Assembly (NCBI GenBank): GCA_010093815.1
Contig: ML996580.1
DNA length: 54,973 bases
Direction: 5' to 3' (one strand)
DNA from: Pseudovirgaria hyperparasitica
Lineage: Eukaryota
In this document: in pieces, positions 54,201 to 54,973 of the stretch
Layout of the letters: the number at the start of each line of letters is the position of its first letter
Numbering within the stretch: position 1 is the first letter of the stretch
Program-made: the position numbers and the translations under genes
Notes under the pieces: generated by a model
Database searches by the model: none
Told to the model about the DNA's origin: nothing
The model's input: the letters and a program-made list of their open reading frames with translations, nothing else

Positions 54201-54688
54201 TAGTATAGTCTTTACTAGCTAGGGCGTAGCTCTAGTAGTAGATAATATTATTTATCTATAGAACCCGAGTATTAGTAACTAGACTCTAACTAGATAAGAA
54301 GGGAGAATCTAATCTTATAACGGAGAAGAACGAGGTTATTAAGGTCTAGAAAAATAGAAGGGAAACCGTACCTTTATACTTAGGACCCTTAAAATTATAA
54401 ATAGACCTTCGTAAATAAGATATCATAAATAGAACGCCTATAATACGCGAATATCTATTTATATATAACTCTAAAAATATATAAATAACCCTTATTTACG
54501 TACTCTTAATGGATGAGTTAATAGTCCCGGCGCACGTAATAATAGGCACCCTATTAACCGAGAAGCACCTAGTAAGGGATAGGTTAATATAAAAATAGTC
54601 CTTAATTAAAGAACTAACCCTTTCTCCTATATACTTAATAATAGGTCTAAGGCCTAAGGAGGTATAGGGCTAAGGTCTAAGAAGATAT
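48215..54688 (+). mobile_element. Chromovirus (Gypsy) family C: 5' LTR 48215-48431, gag, pol with chromodomain, long 3' region, 3' LTR absent
   Basis: De-RIP gag LCFRCGASGHWIKGC (~49496), RT FVRKSGGELRFC (~50533), YIDD (~50863), RNase H TDCSGFALG (~51316), integrase EISMDFITDLP (~52336), chromodomain EWQVEEIL...VLVKWTGY...WEP (~53230-53340); pol ends ~53460. Confidence 0.9.
53575..54371 (-). pseudogene. RIPed, intron-containing antisense gene of unknown function downstream of chromovirus pol
   Basis: Three minus-strand intron-like units (54256-54371, 54142-54192, ~53917-53973) with GT donor, CTAAT branch and TAG acceptor; spliced frame broken only by TAA/TAG, compatible with RIPed CAA/CAG/TGG. 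Confidence 0.55.
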
Positions 54689-54899
54689 TGTTAGGCACGT
54701 GAGGAGCACGTGGCCTACCAGTTAATTATATATGTGTGTAGTAGTCGTATATAAGTAGTGTGCTCTACCCTTAAAGCAGTAGCTTCAAGATTCGGTCCTT
54801 TTAGTATAGTTAGTTAGTGCGTGGAGCCCGCCTCCTTATATAATCTTAAAGCTACTACGGGGTCACGGGTTTAACTCTCGGTCTAGTTAATCGTTATTA
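54689..54899 (+). mobile_element. Family B element truncated by the telomere (5' LTR 54689-54840 plus ~59 bp of interior)
   Basis: Reverse complement of 12844-13054. Confidence 0.9.
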
Positions 54900-54973
54900 G
54901 GGTTAGGGTTAGGGTTAGGGTTAGGGTTAGGGTTAGGGTTAGGGTTAGGGTTAGGGTTAGGGTTAGGGTTAGG
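54897..54973 (+). repeat. Telomeric repeat (TTAGGG)12 + TTAGG
   Basis: Perfect tandem TTAGGG to the end of the window, G-rich strand running toward the end. Confidence 0.98.

Noticed and set aside
1..54973. CRISPR arrays, tRNA or rRNA genes
   Set aside because: None seen; eukaryotic subtelomere with no regularly spaced repeats or recognisable RNA gene sequence.

Overview
Right-hand chromosome end of a filamentous ascomycete. The window ends in (TTAGGG)12. About 38 kb is AT-rich, TpA-enriched and CpA/TpG-depleted, as expected for transposons mutated by repeat-induced point mutation (RIP): nested Gypsy/chromovirus LTR elements, Tad-clade LINEs, solo LTRs, a 601-bp TRIM and a TIR element. Between them lies a largely non-RIPed gene island (about 18.7-34.9 kb) with eight mostly intron-containing genes: an NRPS-like adenylation enzyme, a class I SAM methyltransferase, an alpha/beta hydrolase, two PTH11-like membrane proteins, an O-methyltransferase, a DUF6540-like protein and an APH-like kinase. 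Most notable: (i) a TSD-bounded chimeric retro-insertion joining a 5'-truncated LINE to a 1.2-kb foreign, hairpin-rich sequence; (ii) a spliced antisense gene downstream of a chromovirus pol; (iii) a self-priming TRIM, inside a second copy of which the telomere appears to have been added de novo. All motif readings in RIPed DNA are manual de-RIP inferences; no database searches or folding programs were run.
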